A stretch of DNA of 64,000 nt from contig CAWFKH010000003.1 in the NCBI GenBank assembly GCA_963816355.1, positions 1,312,001-1,376,000 on the forward strand. The letters run 5' to 3'. Shown here in pieces: positions 23,687 through 34,486 of the stretch. Both the position numbers and the translations under genes were made by a program. The number at the start of each line of letters is the position of its first letter. Positions within the stretch are counted from its first letter, which is position 1. Origin of the DNA: an uncultured Gemmatimonadales bacterium. Lineage in GTDB: Bacteria > Gemmatimonadota > Gemmatimonadetes > Longimicrobiales > RSA9. A model generated the notes under the pieces. The model saw only the letters and a program-made list of their open reading frames with translations, was not told the DNA's origin and searched no databases.

Positions 23687-26074
23687 CTCGACGCGGCCGT
23701 CCGCCCACGCGCGCACGCGAACAGTACCCTCGCGGTCCGTGCGGTGCACCTCGATTCCGTGCCGCCGCAACCGCTCGATCACCTCGGGGCTGGGATGGCC
23801 GTAGTGGTTGTGCCGTCCCACCGAGACGAGCGCGACGCGCGGTCGCACCGCGTCCAGGAACGCTTCGCTGCTCGAAGTCCGACTGCCGTGGTGACCCACC
23901 TTGAGCACGGCCGCCGCGAGGCTCCCGCGCCGGGCGCGTACCACGTCCTCCTCGACATCGGACGGCGCGTCGCCGTCGAAGATCGCGGCGAAGCGGCCGA
24001 AGGAGAGGCGGAACACGATCGAATTTTCGTTCGCGTCGACCGGATCGTCAACGCTGGCGCGTGCGGGTGCGAGGATCGCGAGACGCACTCCGTCGAGCGC
24101 GAGCTCCTCTCCACGCAGCGCGCGGTACCAGCGTGCACCGTCCTGGCCGGCGGCGTGCAACGCGTCGCGCAGCCGCGCTTTCCCCGCGGGGACGGCGGGA
24201 TCGAGCACCGCGCCGACGCGCAGGTCGTGCAGCACCGCCGCCGCTCCGCCGATGTGGTCGCCGTCCGGGTGCGTCAGCACGAGCAGATCGGCGCCGCGAC
24301 CGCCGTGCCGGAGCAAGAACGGCACCACGCGGGAACGTCCGGCATCGAAGGTGGGAGTAGCCGGGCCGGTGTCCACCAGGATCCAGCGGCCTCGCGGCGT
24401 ACGGATGGCGATCGCGTCGCCCTGTCCGACGTCGATCATGTAGATGTCGAGCGCACCGCCGTTCGCGATGCGTTCGACGAGCGGCCCGGCGCTGAAGACG
24501 TCGATCGCGAATCCGACGGCGACGATCGCACCGACGCGCGGCCGCAGGCGCCTGCTACGCAGCGCGACCGCGGCGCCGATCATGGCGCACAGGGCGCCGA
24601 GCGCGACATCGCCCGGAACCGTGAAATGACCGCCGGGCGCCTCCGCCGCCAGGCGCGCCACCCGCTCCAGGGCGCCGAGTCCGAGCGCGGCCCCACCGCC
24701 CAGGAAGCGGCCGAACGAGGCGCTCGCGCCGGAGGCGAGGAGAGCAAGCGCGGTGGCCGGCACCGTCAATGCGACGATCGGAACAGCGAGCAGGCTGGCG
24801 AGCAGGCCGACCGGCGCGGCGCGTCCGAAGTGGAGCGCCGCGACCGGCGTCGTGGCGAGGAATGCGACCGCGCCCGTGGCGAGTCCGTCGGCGAGCGTCG
24901 CCGGCACCCGGCGGGGGATGCGCTCGAGTAGAGGTCTCCGGAACGCCACGATCGCGCCGGTACCGGCGAACGAGAGCTGGAAGCCGGCATCGAGCAGCGC
25001 GGCGGGGTCGAGCGCGAGAAGCGCGAGCGCGGCGGCGGCGAGGAGAGCGAACGCGTCGCTCGGACGCTGCAGCAGGCGCGCCAGCAGGATCAGGAGCACC
25101 TGCGCGGCGGCCCGTGCTGCCGCATAGGGCGCGCCGAGGAACGCCACGTACAGGATCGTGGCGCCGCCGGCGAGGAGCGCGGCGGGCGCCGGCGCGAGGC
25201 GCGCCACGCGCCCCAGGACCAGCAGAGCCGCGGCGACGACTCCCACGTGGAGCCCGGAGATCGCCAGCACGTGCGCGAGCCCGGCGTCGGCGAAGCGCTG
25301 GCGCTCCTCCGCGTCCAGTCCCTCGCGCCGGGCCAGGAGGAGCGCCTCCGCGGTCGCCGCCCGCCGGCCGAGGATCTGTCGCAGCCGGCGCTGGGCCATC
25401 CCGCGTGCGCCGAGCACCGTATGCCGGCGGGCACGGGGATCACCCTCTCCGGATGCGGGCACCCGCACCGAGTCGAGGAACAGCGTGCCCGCCATCGCCG
25501 GACGCGGCAGGAGGCCGCCGAGCGGCGGATTCCGCCGCCAGCGTCCCCACGCGACGACGGAGCGGCCGGCGTGGGGTGCGCGACTCCTCCGCGGCCACCG
25601 TACGCGGACCGTGCCGGCGCAGCCGTCGATCCACGATGCGCCCTCCCGCCGCTCCCCGACGACCGCCCCGCGCGTCGAGGCGCCACCATTCCGCAAGCGG
25701 ACGCCGCCCGGCCCCGGGCGCACGCCGCCCCTGCCCATCGCCACCGCGTCGATCCGGAAGAGCCCGCTCGCCGACGCCGGCTCCGCCTCCGGCGCGCCCA
25801 CGAGGCGCAGCCGGGCGTCGTCCGGAAAGGCGAGCCGGCAGTCGAGCCGCGTCTGCCGCGCCGCCGCGCCGCCCAGCGCTAGCGCCGCAGCGGCGAGCCC
25901 GACCCATGGGGCCGCCGGGTGGATGGCGCGCAGCATGGCCGTCACGGCGAGTGCCAGCCCACAGATCGCGAGCGCGAGCGCAGCAGCGCGGCCGGGCTGG
26001 AAGGCGAGACCGGCGAGTAGAGCGACGCCGGAGAGGAGAGCGGCGCGCGCGAGGGGAGGAAGCGGCCGCCTCAT
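23675..26074 (-). CDS. comEC: DNA uptake protein ComEC/Rec2 (OB-like, competence and MBL domains)
   Basis: AGLAHVLAISGLHV, GFQLSF, DVGQGDA, THPDGDHIGG, KVGHHGS, NHYGHP. Confidence 0.93.
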   Translation of the reverse strand: MRRPLPPLARAALLSGVALLAGLAFQPGRAAALALAICGLALAVTAMLRAIHPAAPWVGLAAAALALGGAAARQTRLDCRLAFPDDARLRLVGAPEAEPASASGLFRIDAVAMGRGGVRPGPGGVRLRNGGASTRGAVVGERREGASWIDGCAGTVRVRWPRRSRAPHAGRSVVAWGRWRRNPPLGGLLPRPAMAGTLFLDSVRVPASGEGDPRARRHTVLGARGMAQRRLRQILGRRAATAEALLLARREGLDAEERQRFADAGLAHVLAISGLHVGVVAAALLVLGRVARLAPAPAALLAGGATILYVAFLGAPYAAARAAAQVLLILLARLLQRPSDAFALLAAAALALLALDPAALLDAGFQLSFAGTGAIVAFRRPLLERIPRRVPATLADGLATGAVAFLATTPVAALHFGRAAPVGLLASLLAVPIVALTVPATALALLASGASASFGRFLGGGAALGLGALERVARLAAEAPGGHFTVPGDVALGALCAMIGAAVALRSRRLRPRVGAIVAVGFAIDVFSAGPLVERIANGGALDIYMIDVGQGDAIAIRTPRGRWILVDTGPATPTFDAGRSRVVPFLLRHGGRGADLLVLTHPDGDHIGGAAAVLHDLRVGAVLDPAVPAGKARLRDALHAAGQDGARWYRALRGEELALDGVRLAILAPARASVDDPVDANENSIVFRLSFGRFAAIFDGDAPSDVEEDVVRARRGSLAAAVLKVGHHGSRTSSSEAFLDAVRPRVALVSVGRHNHYGHPSPEVIERLRRHGIEVHRTDREGTVRVRAWADGRVEVVR

Positions 26075-26089
26075 CGGGCGGCCGGAGCT

Positions 26090-27601
<1,512 letters not shown>

Positions 27602-27612
27602 GGCGGAGCGGG

Positions 27613-28809
27613 TCAGCGGCTGAAGAGCGAGAGCGACAAGGTGAACCGCCAGAACGATTCGGAGAGACCGGTCGTCGACGCGCTGCCGCGGCCACCGCGC
27701 TCGAGCGCGGCGTCGAGGAGGGCGCCGGGGCCGATCGGCGACGGAGCGAGACGGACGCCGAGTCCGAGCGCGGCCGACCACTCCTTCGGCGTGCCGCCCT
27801 CGACGGTGAACGGCAGGGTCCCGTAGTGCATCCCGAGGCGCAGGGGGTAGGTCCGCGTGGCGGTCGCGAGGCCCTGCCATTCGAAGCCGCCGCCGAGCGC
27901 CCAGGTGTCCTGCGCGCGGCCCACGTCCTCGCCGCGGTTCCAGGCGATCGGAGCCAGGTCCGTGTCGCTCCAATGGGTCCAGTCACCGCCCGCGGCCAAG
28001 AGGAGCTTCGGCGCCAGCATCGCGCTCACGCCGCCCGCGGCGCGCAGCGGCATGGAGGCGCGGAACCCATCTTCGGCGTTGTCGACCCCCCTCGCGCGCA
28101 CCTCGCCGGACCAGGTGAGCGAGCCCGCCACGCGGACGACCGGCGCGGGATCCCAGCGGAATCCACCCGAGACGAGCGGGCCGCTGTAGCGCCAGCGGTT
28201 GAGGTCGCTGAAATTCCGCAGCGGCTCGCTCGACGTGGCCGTGTCGGCGAAGCTTCGCGTCAGCCGGCGCTGCACCTCGCCGGTGTAGAGGCCAGCGGAG
28301 ACGCCGAGAGACAGGGTGGGCGCGGCGAGGATCGCGACGCCGACCTGGAGCTGTCCCATGCCGCCCGTCGAACGCAGGACGTCGGTGACCGGGATCTGCT
28401 GACCGCGCACGCTCGCGACGCCCTCGGTCTGAATCGCCCACGACTGGTCGAGGAAGGAGCCGTAGCCGATGCTCCCGACGACCCGCGGCCCGAGCGGGTA
28501 CAGCACGCGGATCAGCGGGAATCGGGTTGCGCCGCGGTGGTCGGAGCCGTCGCCCAGCCGGATGCTCTGCGCGCTCGGCTGCATCGTCGCGGTGACGCTG
28601 CGTCGCAGCACGCCACCCACGTCCGCCGGGTTCACCAGCGATGCGTTCTCGCCGAGCAAGCCGGTCCCGATACCGCCGAGAGAGCGCGCGCGCCCGTCCA
28701 GCGGGGAGATCGGGAGGCCGAGACCAGCCGTGCCGAAGAGCGATTGGGCGTGCGCCGCAGGGACGATCGCGAAGAGCGCGACGGCCACGGCGCCAAGGAT
28801 TCGCCTCAT
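27613..28809 (-). CDS. Outer-membrane beta-barrel, FadL/PorV-like (candidate BamG-like)
   Basis: Sec signal ending AHA-Q; N-terminal GRARSLGG...NPA plug motif; alternating amphipathic strands; C-terminal FWRFTLSLSLF. Confidence 0.8.
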   Translation of the reverse strand: MRRILGAVAVALFAIVPAAHAQSLFGTAGLGLPISPLDGRARSLGGIGTGLLGENASLVNPADVGGVLRRSVTATMQPSAQSIRLGDGSDHRGATRFPLIRVLYPLGPRVVGSIGYGSFLDQSWAIQTEGVASVRGQQIPVTDVLRSTGGMGQLQVGVAILAAPTLSLGVSAGLYTGEVQRRLTRSFADTATSSEPLRNFSDLNRWRYSGPLVSGGFRWDPAPVVRVAGSLTWSGEVRARGVDNAEDGFRASMPLRAAGGVSAMLAPKLLLAAGGDWTHWSDTDLAPIAWNRGEDVGRAQDTWALGGGFEWQGLATATRTYPLRLGMHYGTLPFTVEGGTPKEWSAALGLGVRLAPSPIGPGALLDAALERGGRGSASTTGLSESFWRFTLSLSLFSR

Positions 28810-30140
28810 CGGATCAGGGCCTCGTCGGTGATCGTGAAGACGAGCCGCAGCCGCGGCGCCAGCGCGCCGGCCGACAGCGGACCGAAGGTGCCGAAGCCGA
28901 GGTCCTGCCCGATCACCGCCGGCAGCAGCGCGAGCGTGTGCGGCGCTCCCGCGATCGTGTCGGATCCGATCAGCGCCTGGATGAAGGACCGGATCGGGAC
29001 CGCGACCAGCGCGGCGGACCCCGGCTCGAGGGTGAACGCCGAAGGCGGCGCGGTCCCCGGCTGCACGCTGACGAGATCGCCGAACGGCGACCGCTCGATC
29101 GGGATCAGGGGCGAGGTCACCACGGGCCGCGTCACGACGCCGATCGTGTCGCCGCTGCGGAAGGCAGCGGGCGCCGGCACCGGCTGGAGCAGGAGCTCGG
29201 CGGTGCTCAGCGTCGCCCGGTTCAAGGGGATCCGACAATTCGCGATCCCCGGACAGGCGAGCGTCAGCGTGTCCCAGCCCTGCCGGAACCGCAGCACGGA
29301 ACGCCACTCCGGGATGCCGCCCACCCGCAGCGCCGTCGGGGGCGGCGGCGGGTCGGGCTGAAAGATGAAGATCGAGCGCGTGACGTTGACGGCCGCCGTG
29401 ACGATCGTGTCCGGGATCGTCTTCGGCCGCGCGAGCACCGTCATCGCCACGCCCGGGCTCTCGAGCCGCACGTTCGGGTCCCGCGCAGACAGGACGATCC
29501 CGTTCGACCGCACGGTCGAGTCGCGCATCATGCGGACCGCCTGCGAGTCGACGTGGAAGATCAGCGAATCGGCGCCCGGCCTCCAGACCACGGTGTCGAT
29601 CAGCGCCCCCATCGTACCGCCCGGCTGCATCCACGCCGTCTGCACGTCGTTGGTGTCCGCCCGGTTCTGCCACGTCACCGTCGGACGATCCCACGATTCG
29701 GTGAGAAAGTTGAGTGCGAGCGTCGAGGGGCCGTCCCCGATCGTGGAGGAATCGATCCGCACCACGATGTCCGCGCCGATCACGGTCCCCGAGTCGGTGC
29801 CCGCCGAGCCGTTCGGGCCGATGACGTCGAAGATGTCCGGGATGAGCCCGAACTCCAGCAGCGTGTGCGCGTCGAGTACACCGCCGAAGTCGTTCGCCGT
29901 CACCGTGATCGCCGCGCCGGCGGGAGTCAGGAATCCCGCGAACGCCGTGTCGGAGACGAGGAAGTCCTGCGCATCCAGCACCACCTCGAAGGTGTGGACG
30001 GTGGCCCCTCGCAGCAGAGGCCCCCCGACGGTGGTGGGATCGTCGTTGCCGCACGCCGCCACGACGAGCGAAACCGCCGCGACGACCACGGCGGTCCAGC
30101 GCAGAAGGCGCGGCAGGCGACGTCGCATGGACGCGCTCAC
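28806..30140 (-). CDS. Beta-rich lipoprotein, DUF4270-like (candidate BamH-like)
   Basis: Lipobox VAA-C followed by GNDDPTTVG; internal [11 protein letters not shown]-terminal PRLRLVFT; 4-bp overlaps with both neighbours. Confidence 0.75.
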   Translation of the reverse strand: MSASMRRRLPRLLRWTAVVVAAVSLVVAACGNDDPTTVGGPLLRGATVHTFEVVLDAQDFLVSDTAFAGFLTPAGAAITVTANDFGGVLDAHTLLEFGLIPDIFDVIGPNGSAGTDSGTVIGADIVVRIDSSTIGDGPSTLALNFLTESWDRPTVTWQNRADTNDVQTAWMQPGGTMGALIDTVVWRPGADSLIFHVDSQAVRMMRDSTVRSNGIVLSARDPNVRLESPGVAMTVLARPKTIPDTIVTAAVNVTRSIFIFQPDPPPPPTALRVGGIPEWRSVLRFRQGWDTLTLACPGIANCRIPLNRATLSTAELLLQPVPAPAAFRSGDTIGVVTRPVVTSPLIPIERSPFGDLVSVQPGTAPPSAFTLEPGSAALVAVPIRSFIQALIGSDTIAGAPHTLALLPAVIGQDLGFGTFGPLSAGALAPRLRLVFTITDEALIR

Positions 30141-30562
30141 GGCGCCCCCTCTCCGCCGTCAGCGGCCTCGCCGCCGCGGCGCACGAAACGCTCCGGGAGC
30201 AACGCGTCGAGCCGCCACAGCGCGGTCTCGCCGCTGCGTCCGACCGAGTGCACTTCCAGCGCCGGCGCGAACTCCGCCAGCACCTGTCGGCACGCCCCGC
30301 ACGGCGGCACGGGCGCCTGCGCGTCGCTGGTCAGCACGATGCGGCGGAAATCACGGCGTCCAGCCGCCACCGCCGTACCGACCGCGACGCGCTCGGCGCA
30401 CAGGGTCAGCCCCAGCGACACGTTCTCGACGTTGCAGCCCGCGAACCACTCGCCGTCCTCCGCCTGCAGCGCGGCGCCGACGCGGAAGCGCGAGTACGGG
30501 GCGTGCGCCCGCTCCATCGCCTCGCCGGCGAGGGCGAGGCCGCGTTCAATCGCTTCTGCCAA
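30137..30562 (-). CDS. cdd: Cytidine deaminase (homotetrameric type)
   Basis: [27 protein letters not shown]. Confidence 0.95.
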   Translation of the reverse strand: MAEAIERGLALAGEAMERAHAPYSRFRVGAALQAEDGEWFAGCNVENVSLGLTLCAERVAVGTAVAAGRRDFRRIVLTSDAQAPVPPCGACRQVLAEFAPALEVHSVGRSGETALWRLDALLPERFVRRGGEAADGGEGAP

Positions 30563-31694
30563 TGTGCTCGATCCTGGGTAACCTCTGCCCGAGACCCGTC
30601 AGGATCTCGTAGGCAATCGTATTCGCCTGCGCCGCCACTTGTTCCAGCGTGATCTCGTCGTCGCCGTCCCGGCCCAGCATCGTGGCGACGTCGCCGGCCG
30701 CCACTTCCGCAGCGCAATCCGTCACGTCCACCACCGTCAGGTCCATCGATACGCGCCCGACGATGCCGACGCGCTCGCCGTGGAGCAGCGCGTGTCCCAC
30801 GTCGCTCAGTGCGCGCGGCAAGCCATCGCCGTACCCGATCGCGAGCGTCGCCCAGCGCTCCCAGCGCCGCGCCACGTGGGTCGCGCCGTAGCCCACGGTC
30901 GCGCCCGGCGGCACGTCCGCCACGCGCACGACGACCGCCCGCAGCGACACCACCGGCCGCGGCTTCGCCAGGCCTTCCCCCAGCTCCGGCGCGGGATCGG
31001 CGCCGTAGAGGAAGATGCCCGGCCGGATCGCGTCCAGCGCGTATGCCGGCCAGCGCAGCGCGGCCACGCTGTTGCACGCGTGGATCAGGAGCGCGTCGCG
31101 AGGCACGCTCAGTTGCGCCAGGGCGTCCTGGAAACGGGCCCACTGCGTCGTCGCGGACGCGGGGTCCGGCGCGTCCGCGCCCTGGAAATGCGTGAAGATG
31201 CCGTTCCAGCGCACGCTCCCGTCGAGGCGCGCGAGCACGGCGGGCGCCCACTGCTGCGCGGCGCGCCAGTCGAAGCCGGCGCGCCCCATGCCGGTGTCCA
31301 CCTCCACATGAAAGTCGAGCGGCTGCGGCTCCCGCGCGGCCGCCGCCGCCCACCGGTCGAGCGCGTCCAGGTCCGAGATCGCGGCGGTCAGGCGCGCCGC
31401 GGCCGCGGCTTCCACATCCCCTGGCGGCAGCGGAGAGAACACGATCACCGGACGTTCGACACCGAGGTCCCGCAGCCCGCGCCCCTCCTCTGCCGTCGCC
31501 ACGCCGTAGCCGTACGGGGCGAGCGACTCGACGGCCCGCACGACGCGCGCGGCGCCCACGCCGTAGCCGTCCGCCTTGACCATCGGGATGCGAGCGACCG
31601 CCGGCCCGACCGTGCGACCGACCGCCTCGTAATTGGCGCGGAGGGCGTCGAGATCGACCTCGACCCAGGCGCGCCCGGGAGTCGTACTGGACAT
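30546..31694 (-). CDS. alr: Alanine racemase
   Basis: AWVEVDL, VKADGYG (PLP Lys), [34 protein letters not shown]. Confidence 0.95.
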   Translation of the reverse strand: MSSTTPGRAWVEVDLDALRANYEAVGRTVGPAVARIPMVKADGYGVGAARVVRAVESLAPYGYGVATAEEGRGLRDLGVERPVIVFSPLPPGDVEAAAAARLTAAISDLDALDRWAAAAAREPQPLDFHVEVDTGMGRAGFDWRAAQQWAPAVLARLDGSVRWNGIFTHFQGADAPDPASATTQWARFQDALAQLSVPRDALLIHACNSVAALRWPAYALDAIRPGIFLYGADPAPELGEGLAKPRPVVSLRAVVVRVADVPPGATVGYGATHVARRWERWATLAIGYGDGLPRALSDVGHALLHGERVGIVGRVSMDLTVVDVTDCAAEVAAGDVATMLGRDGDDEITLEQVAAQANTIAYEILTGLGQRLPRIEHIGRSD

Positions 31695-31715
31695 GCGCAC
31701 CAAGCGGGTTAGTAT
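31688..31715 (+). promoter_or_regulatory. Possible sigma70-type promoter of mazG, overlapping the alr -10 element
   Basis: TGGACA-N16-TAGTAT, ending 9 nt before ATG 31725. Confidence 0.45.
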
Positions 31716-31739
31716 ACCGGCACCATGACGGAGCCGCAA
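31711..31739 (-). promoter_or_regulatory. sigma70-type promoter of the alr operon
   Basis: Minus strand TTGCGG-N17-TATACT. Confidence 0.7.
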
Positions 31740-32822
31740 CCGGAAAATCGAGACGGGACACAGGGTTCCGCCGCGTCGAGCGGGCACGGATCGGGCCCCG
31801 GAGCACGCCCCGTGGAAGGCACGCGAGCCGCGGCCGCGGCCGCCGAGCGGGGCGGCGCTGCCGAGCTCGCCCGCATGTCGGAGCGCCCCGCCGCCGGCGA
31901 GCCCCGCGAGCCTGCCGGCGCATCCGCCGGCACCGATCCGTTGGGCCGTGTCCTCGAGATGGTGCGTTATCTGCGCGCGCACTGCCCGTGGGACGCGGCG
32001 CAGACGCCCCGCTCCCTGCTGCCGTACCTGCTCGAGGAGGCGCACGAGGTCGCCGACGCGGTGGAGGAGAACGACGACGACGAGCTGCGCGCGGAGCTCG
32101 GCGACCTCCTCCTTCACGTCGCGTTCCAGATCGTGCTGGCGGAGGAGCGCTCGGTGTTCGACGTGGGGGAGGTCGCGGACGGTGTGATCGCGAAGATGCG
32201 GAGGCGGCATCCGCACATCTTCGGCACGGCGGGCGAGGGTGCGGGGGGGAGCGGAGAAACGGGCCGGGGCGAGGGCGAGACGGGCTCGGCTCAGGCATGG
32301 GAGGCGCTGAAGGCCCGGGAACGGCCGGGCAGATCGCTCGTGGAGGGACTGGCGAGGGGGCTGGACCCGCTGGCACGGGCGCACCGGCTGCAGGAACGGG
32401 TGAGCGCCGTGGGATTCGACTGGGAGGACCCGGAAGGCGCGCTCGCCAAGGTGCGCGAGGAGGTCGAGGAGGTGGCGCAGGCGCTCGCGCGCGTTCGGGC
32501 GGCGGGCGACGCCGGAAGCGCCCCGGAGCGCGTCGCTGCGCCGGCGGAGGGCGCGGAGGCGGAGGGCGCGCTCGAAGAGGAGCTGGGAGACCTGCTCTTC
32601 GCCGTCGTGAACCTGGCCCGCCTCGCGGGGACCCACGGGATGCACGCGCTCTCGCGGGCGAACCGCAAGTTCGGCGGCCGGTTCCGCGGGCTGGAGCGCC
32701 TGGCGGGGGAACGGGGCGTGGCGCTCGGCGAGGCGCCGCTCGCGGAGCTCGACGCGCTGTGGGACGAGGTGAAGCGGGCGGAACAAGGCGGGCGCGCTCC
32801 GGGCGAAGCCGGGGACGGGTAG
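31725..32822 (+). CDS. mazG: Nucleoside triphosphate pyrophosphohydrolase MazG (tandem domain; start uncertain)
   Basis: CPWDAAQT, EEAHEV, ELGDLL, RRHPHIF, GFDW, EELGDLLFAVVN, ANRKF. Confidence 0.94.
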   Translation: MTEPQPENRDGTQGSAASSGHGSGPGARPVEGTRAAAAAAERGGAAELARMSERPAAGEPREPAGASAGTDPLGRVLEMVRYLRAHCPWDAAQTPRSLLPYLLEEAHEVADAVEENDDDELRAELGDLLLHVAFQIVLAEERSVFDVGEVADGVIAKMRRRHPHIFGTAGEGAGGSGETGRGEGETGSAQAWEALKARERPGRSLVEGLARGLDPLARAHRLQERVSAVGFDWEDPEGALAKVREEVEEVAQALARVRAAGDAGSAPERVAAPAEGAEAEGALEEELGDLLFAVVNLARLAGTHGMHALSRANRKFGGRFRGLERLAGERGVALGEAPLAELDALWDEVKRAEQGGRAPGEAGDG

Positions 32823-32935
32823 GTCGGCGATTCAGAACGTGCACAGGGTGGAGCAGCGGACGCCCGCGTGAAGGAACGCCGCGGGCGGCCGGGGCGGTCG
32901 AGAACCGTTCGTTCGGAGAGCGGGACCGGCAGCGC

Positions 32936-34231
32936 CTAGGGGAAGAGCCGGTTGATGGTGCGCGGGAAAGGGATCGCTTCGCGGATGTGGTGGCGGCCGC
33001 AGATCCAGGCGACGGTCCTTTCGAGGCCGAGGCCGAAGCCGGAGTGGGGGAAGGATCCGTAGCGGCGGAGGTCGAGGTACCAGGAGTACGCCTCCTCGGG
33101 GAGTTCCTCGGCGCGGATGCGGGCGAGGAGCCGGTCGAGGTCGTCCTCGCGCTGGCTGCCACCGATGATCTCGCCGTACCCCTCCGGAGCGAGCAGGTCG
33201 TCGCACAGGACGGTGCGCGGGTCGTCCGGGTTCTCCTTCATGTAGAACGCCTTCGCCTGCTTCGGATAGTTGAAGACGAAGACGGGCCGGTCGTACTCCT
33301 CCGAGATCAACGCCTCGTCGGTGGCGCCGAGGTCCTCACCCCACTTGGTTTCGCTCCCCTTCTTCTGGATCAGCGCCACCGCGTCGCCGTAGTCGAGCCG
33401 TGGGAACGGCGGCTTCACCGGCTCGAGCTTCGACGTGTCGCGCTCGAGGATCGCCAGCTCGTCGCCGCACCGCTCGAGGGCGCGCTCGACGAGATACGAG
33501 ACGAACTCCTCCTGCAGGCGCATGTTCTCGTCGGAATCCGCCCACGCGACCTCCGGCTCGCACATCCAGAACTCGGTGAGATGGCGGCGCGTCTTCGACT
33601 TCTCGGCGCGGAAAGTGGGACCGAAGCAGTAGATGCGCCCGAACGCCGCCGCACCCGCCTCGCCATAGAGCTGTCCGGTCTGCGCGAGGAAGGCACGCTG
33701 GCCGAAGTAGTCGGTCTCGAAGAGGGTGCCGGCGTGCTCGCCGATCGCGCCCGTGAGGATCGGCGTATCGATGCGGACGAAGCCGCGCCGATAGAAGAAT
33801 TCGTGCAACGCCTGCTCCACCTCGCTGCGCATGCGCAGGATCGCCCACTGCTGGCTCGAGCGGAGCCACAGATGGCGCTGGTCGAGCAGGAACTCGATAC
33901 CATGCTCCTTCGGCTGGATCGGGTACTCGCCGCTGGGCGCGACGAGCTCGATGGCGCGGACGGACAGCTCGTAGCCGCCGGGTGCGCGCGCATCCTCGCG
34001 GACGGCGCCGGTGAGCCGCACCGAAGCCTCCTGCGTGAGCGAGGCGAGGCGCTCCCACGCCTCCTCGCCCACCTCGCTACGCACCGCGACGCACTGGACC
34101 GTGCCGGTCCCGTCGCGTACGACGACGAAGCCGACCTTGCCGTGAATGCGCGTCGTCTGGACCCAGCCGCGCAGGACGACCTCGTCGCCTGCGTGCCGGG
34201 CGAGGTCACGGATTTCGCTGACCGCTGCCAT
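32936..34231 (-). CDS. asnS: Asparagine--tRNA ligase
   Basis: OB-fold VRDGTG, RHLWLRS, FGPTFRAEKSKTRRHLTEFWM, GEIIGGSQRE, PHSGFGLGLER. Confidence 0.95.
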   Translation of the reverse strand: MAAVSEIRDLARHAGDEVVLRGWVQTTRIHGKVGFVVVRDGTGTVQCVAVRSEVGEEAWERLASLTQEASVRLTGAVREDARAPGGYELSVRAIELVAPSGEYPIQPKEHGIEFLLDQRHLWLRSSQQWAILRMRSEVEQALHEFFYRRGFVRIDTPILTGAIGEHAGTLFETDYFGQRAFLAQTGQLYGEAGAAAFGRIYCFGPTFRAEKSKTRRHLTEFWMCEPEVAWADSDENMRLQEEFVSYLVERALERCGDELAILERDTSKLEPVKPPFPRLDYGDAVALIQKKGSETKWGEDLGATDEALISEEYDRPVFVFNYPKQAKAFYMKENPDDPRTVLCDDLLAPEGYGEIIGGSQREDDLDRLLARIRAEELPEEAYSWYLDLRRYGSFPHSGFGLGLERTVAWICGRHHIREAIPFPRTINRLFP

Positions 34232-34256
34232 CGTCTTCCGCCGCATCTGGTGTGGG

Positions 34257-34278
34257 GGCGGGTCGCAGGAGACCCGCC
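34257..34278. other. 8-bp perfect inverted repeat (GGCGGGTC-N6-GACCCGCC) in the asnS leader
   Basis: Read directly. Confidence 0.5.
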
Positions 34279-34358
34279 GGGGTACGAACGGCGCCGGAGG
34301 ACCGCCAGCGTCGCCGCGAACGCGCGCGTCGCCTGCCACGGCGGCCGCGCGGAAGCGG

Positions 34359-34388
34359 AACGTAGGCGGGCGGCGCGAAGGGTGTCAA
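34359..34388 (-). promoter_or_regulatory. sigma70-type promoter of asnS
   Basis: Minus strand TTGACA-N18-TACGTT. Confidence 0.6.
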
Positions 34389-34395
34389 TCGAACG

Positions 34396-34410
34396 TGGCA
34401 CATCCCGTGC
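34396..34410 (+). promoter_or_regulatory. Putative sigma54 -24/-12 promoter for the QseG-like lipoprotein
   Basis: TGGCAC-ATCCC-GTGC with GG-N10-GC spacing, upstream of the AAAGGAG RBS and GTG 34487. Confidence 0.55.
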
Positions 34411-34486
34411 GCTCGGCGGTATCTCGCAGGTGGCCCGTAGCAACGAGCGTCCTCCGGACCTGCCACGCCGCCGAAAGGAGCCCGAG

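Noticed and set aside
31725..32822. MazG as part of a toxin-antitoxin or anti-phage system
   Set aside because: Housekeeping tandem-domain type with no mazEF or defence genes nearby.
31988..34486. N-terminal part of the 1065-aa ORF 31988..35185
   Set aside because: Off-frame mazG plus antisense asnS; only the part from GTG 34487, which has an RBS and lipobox, looks real.
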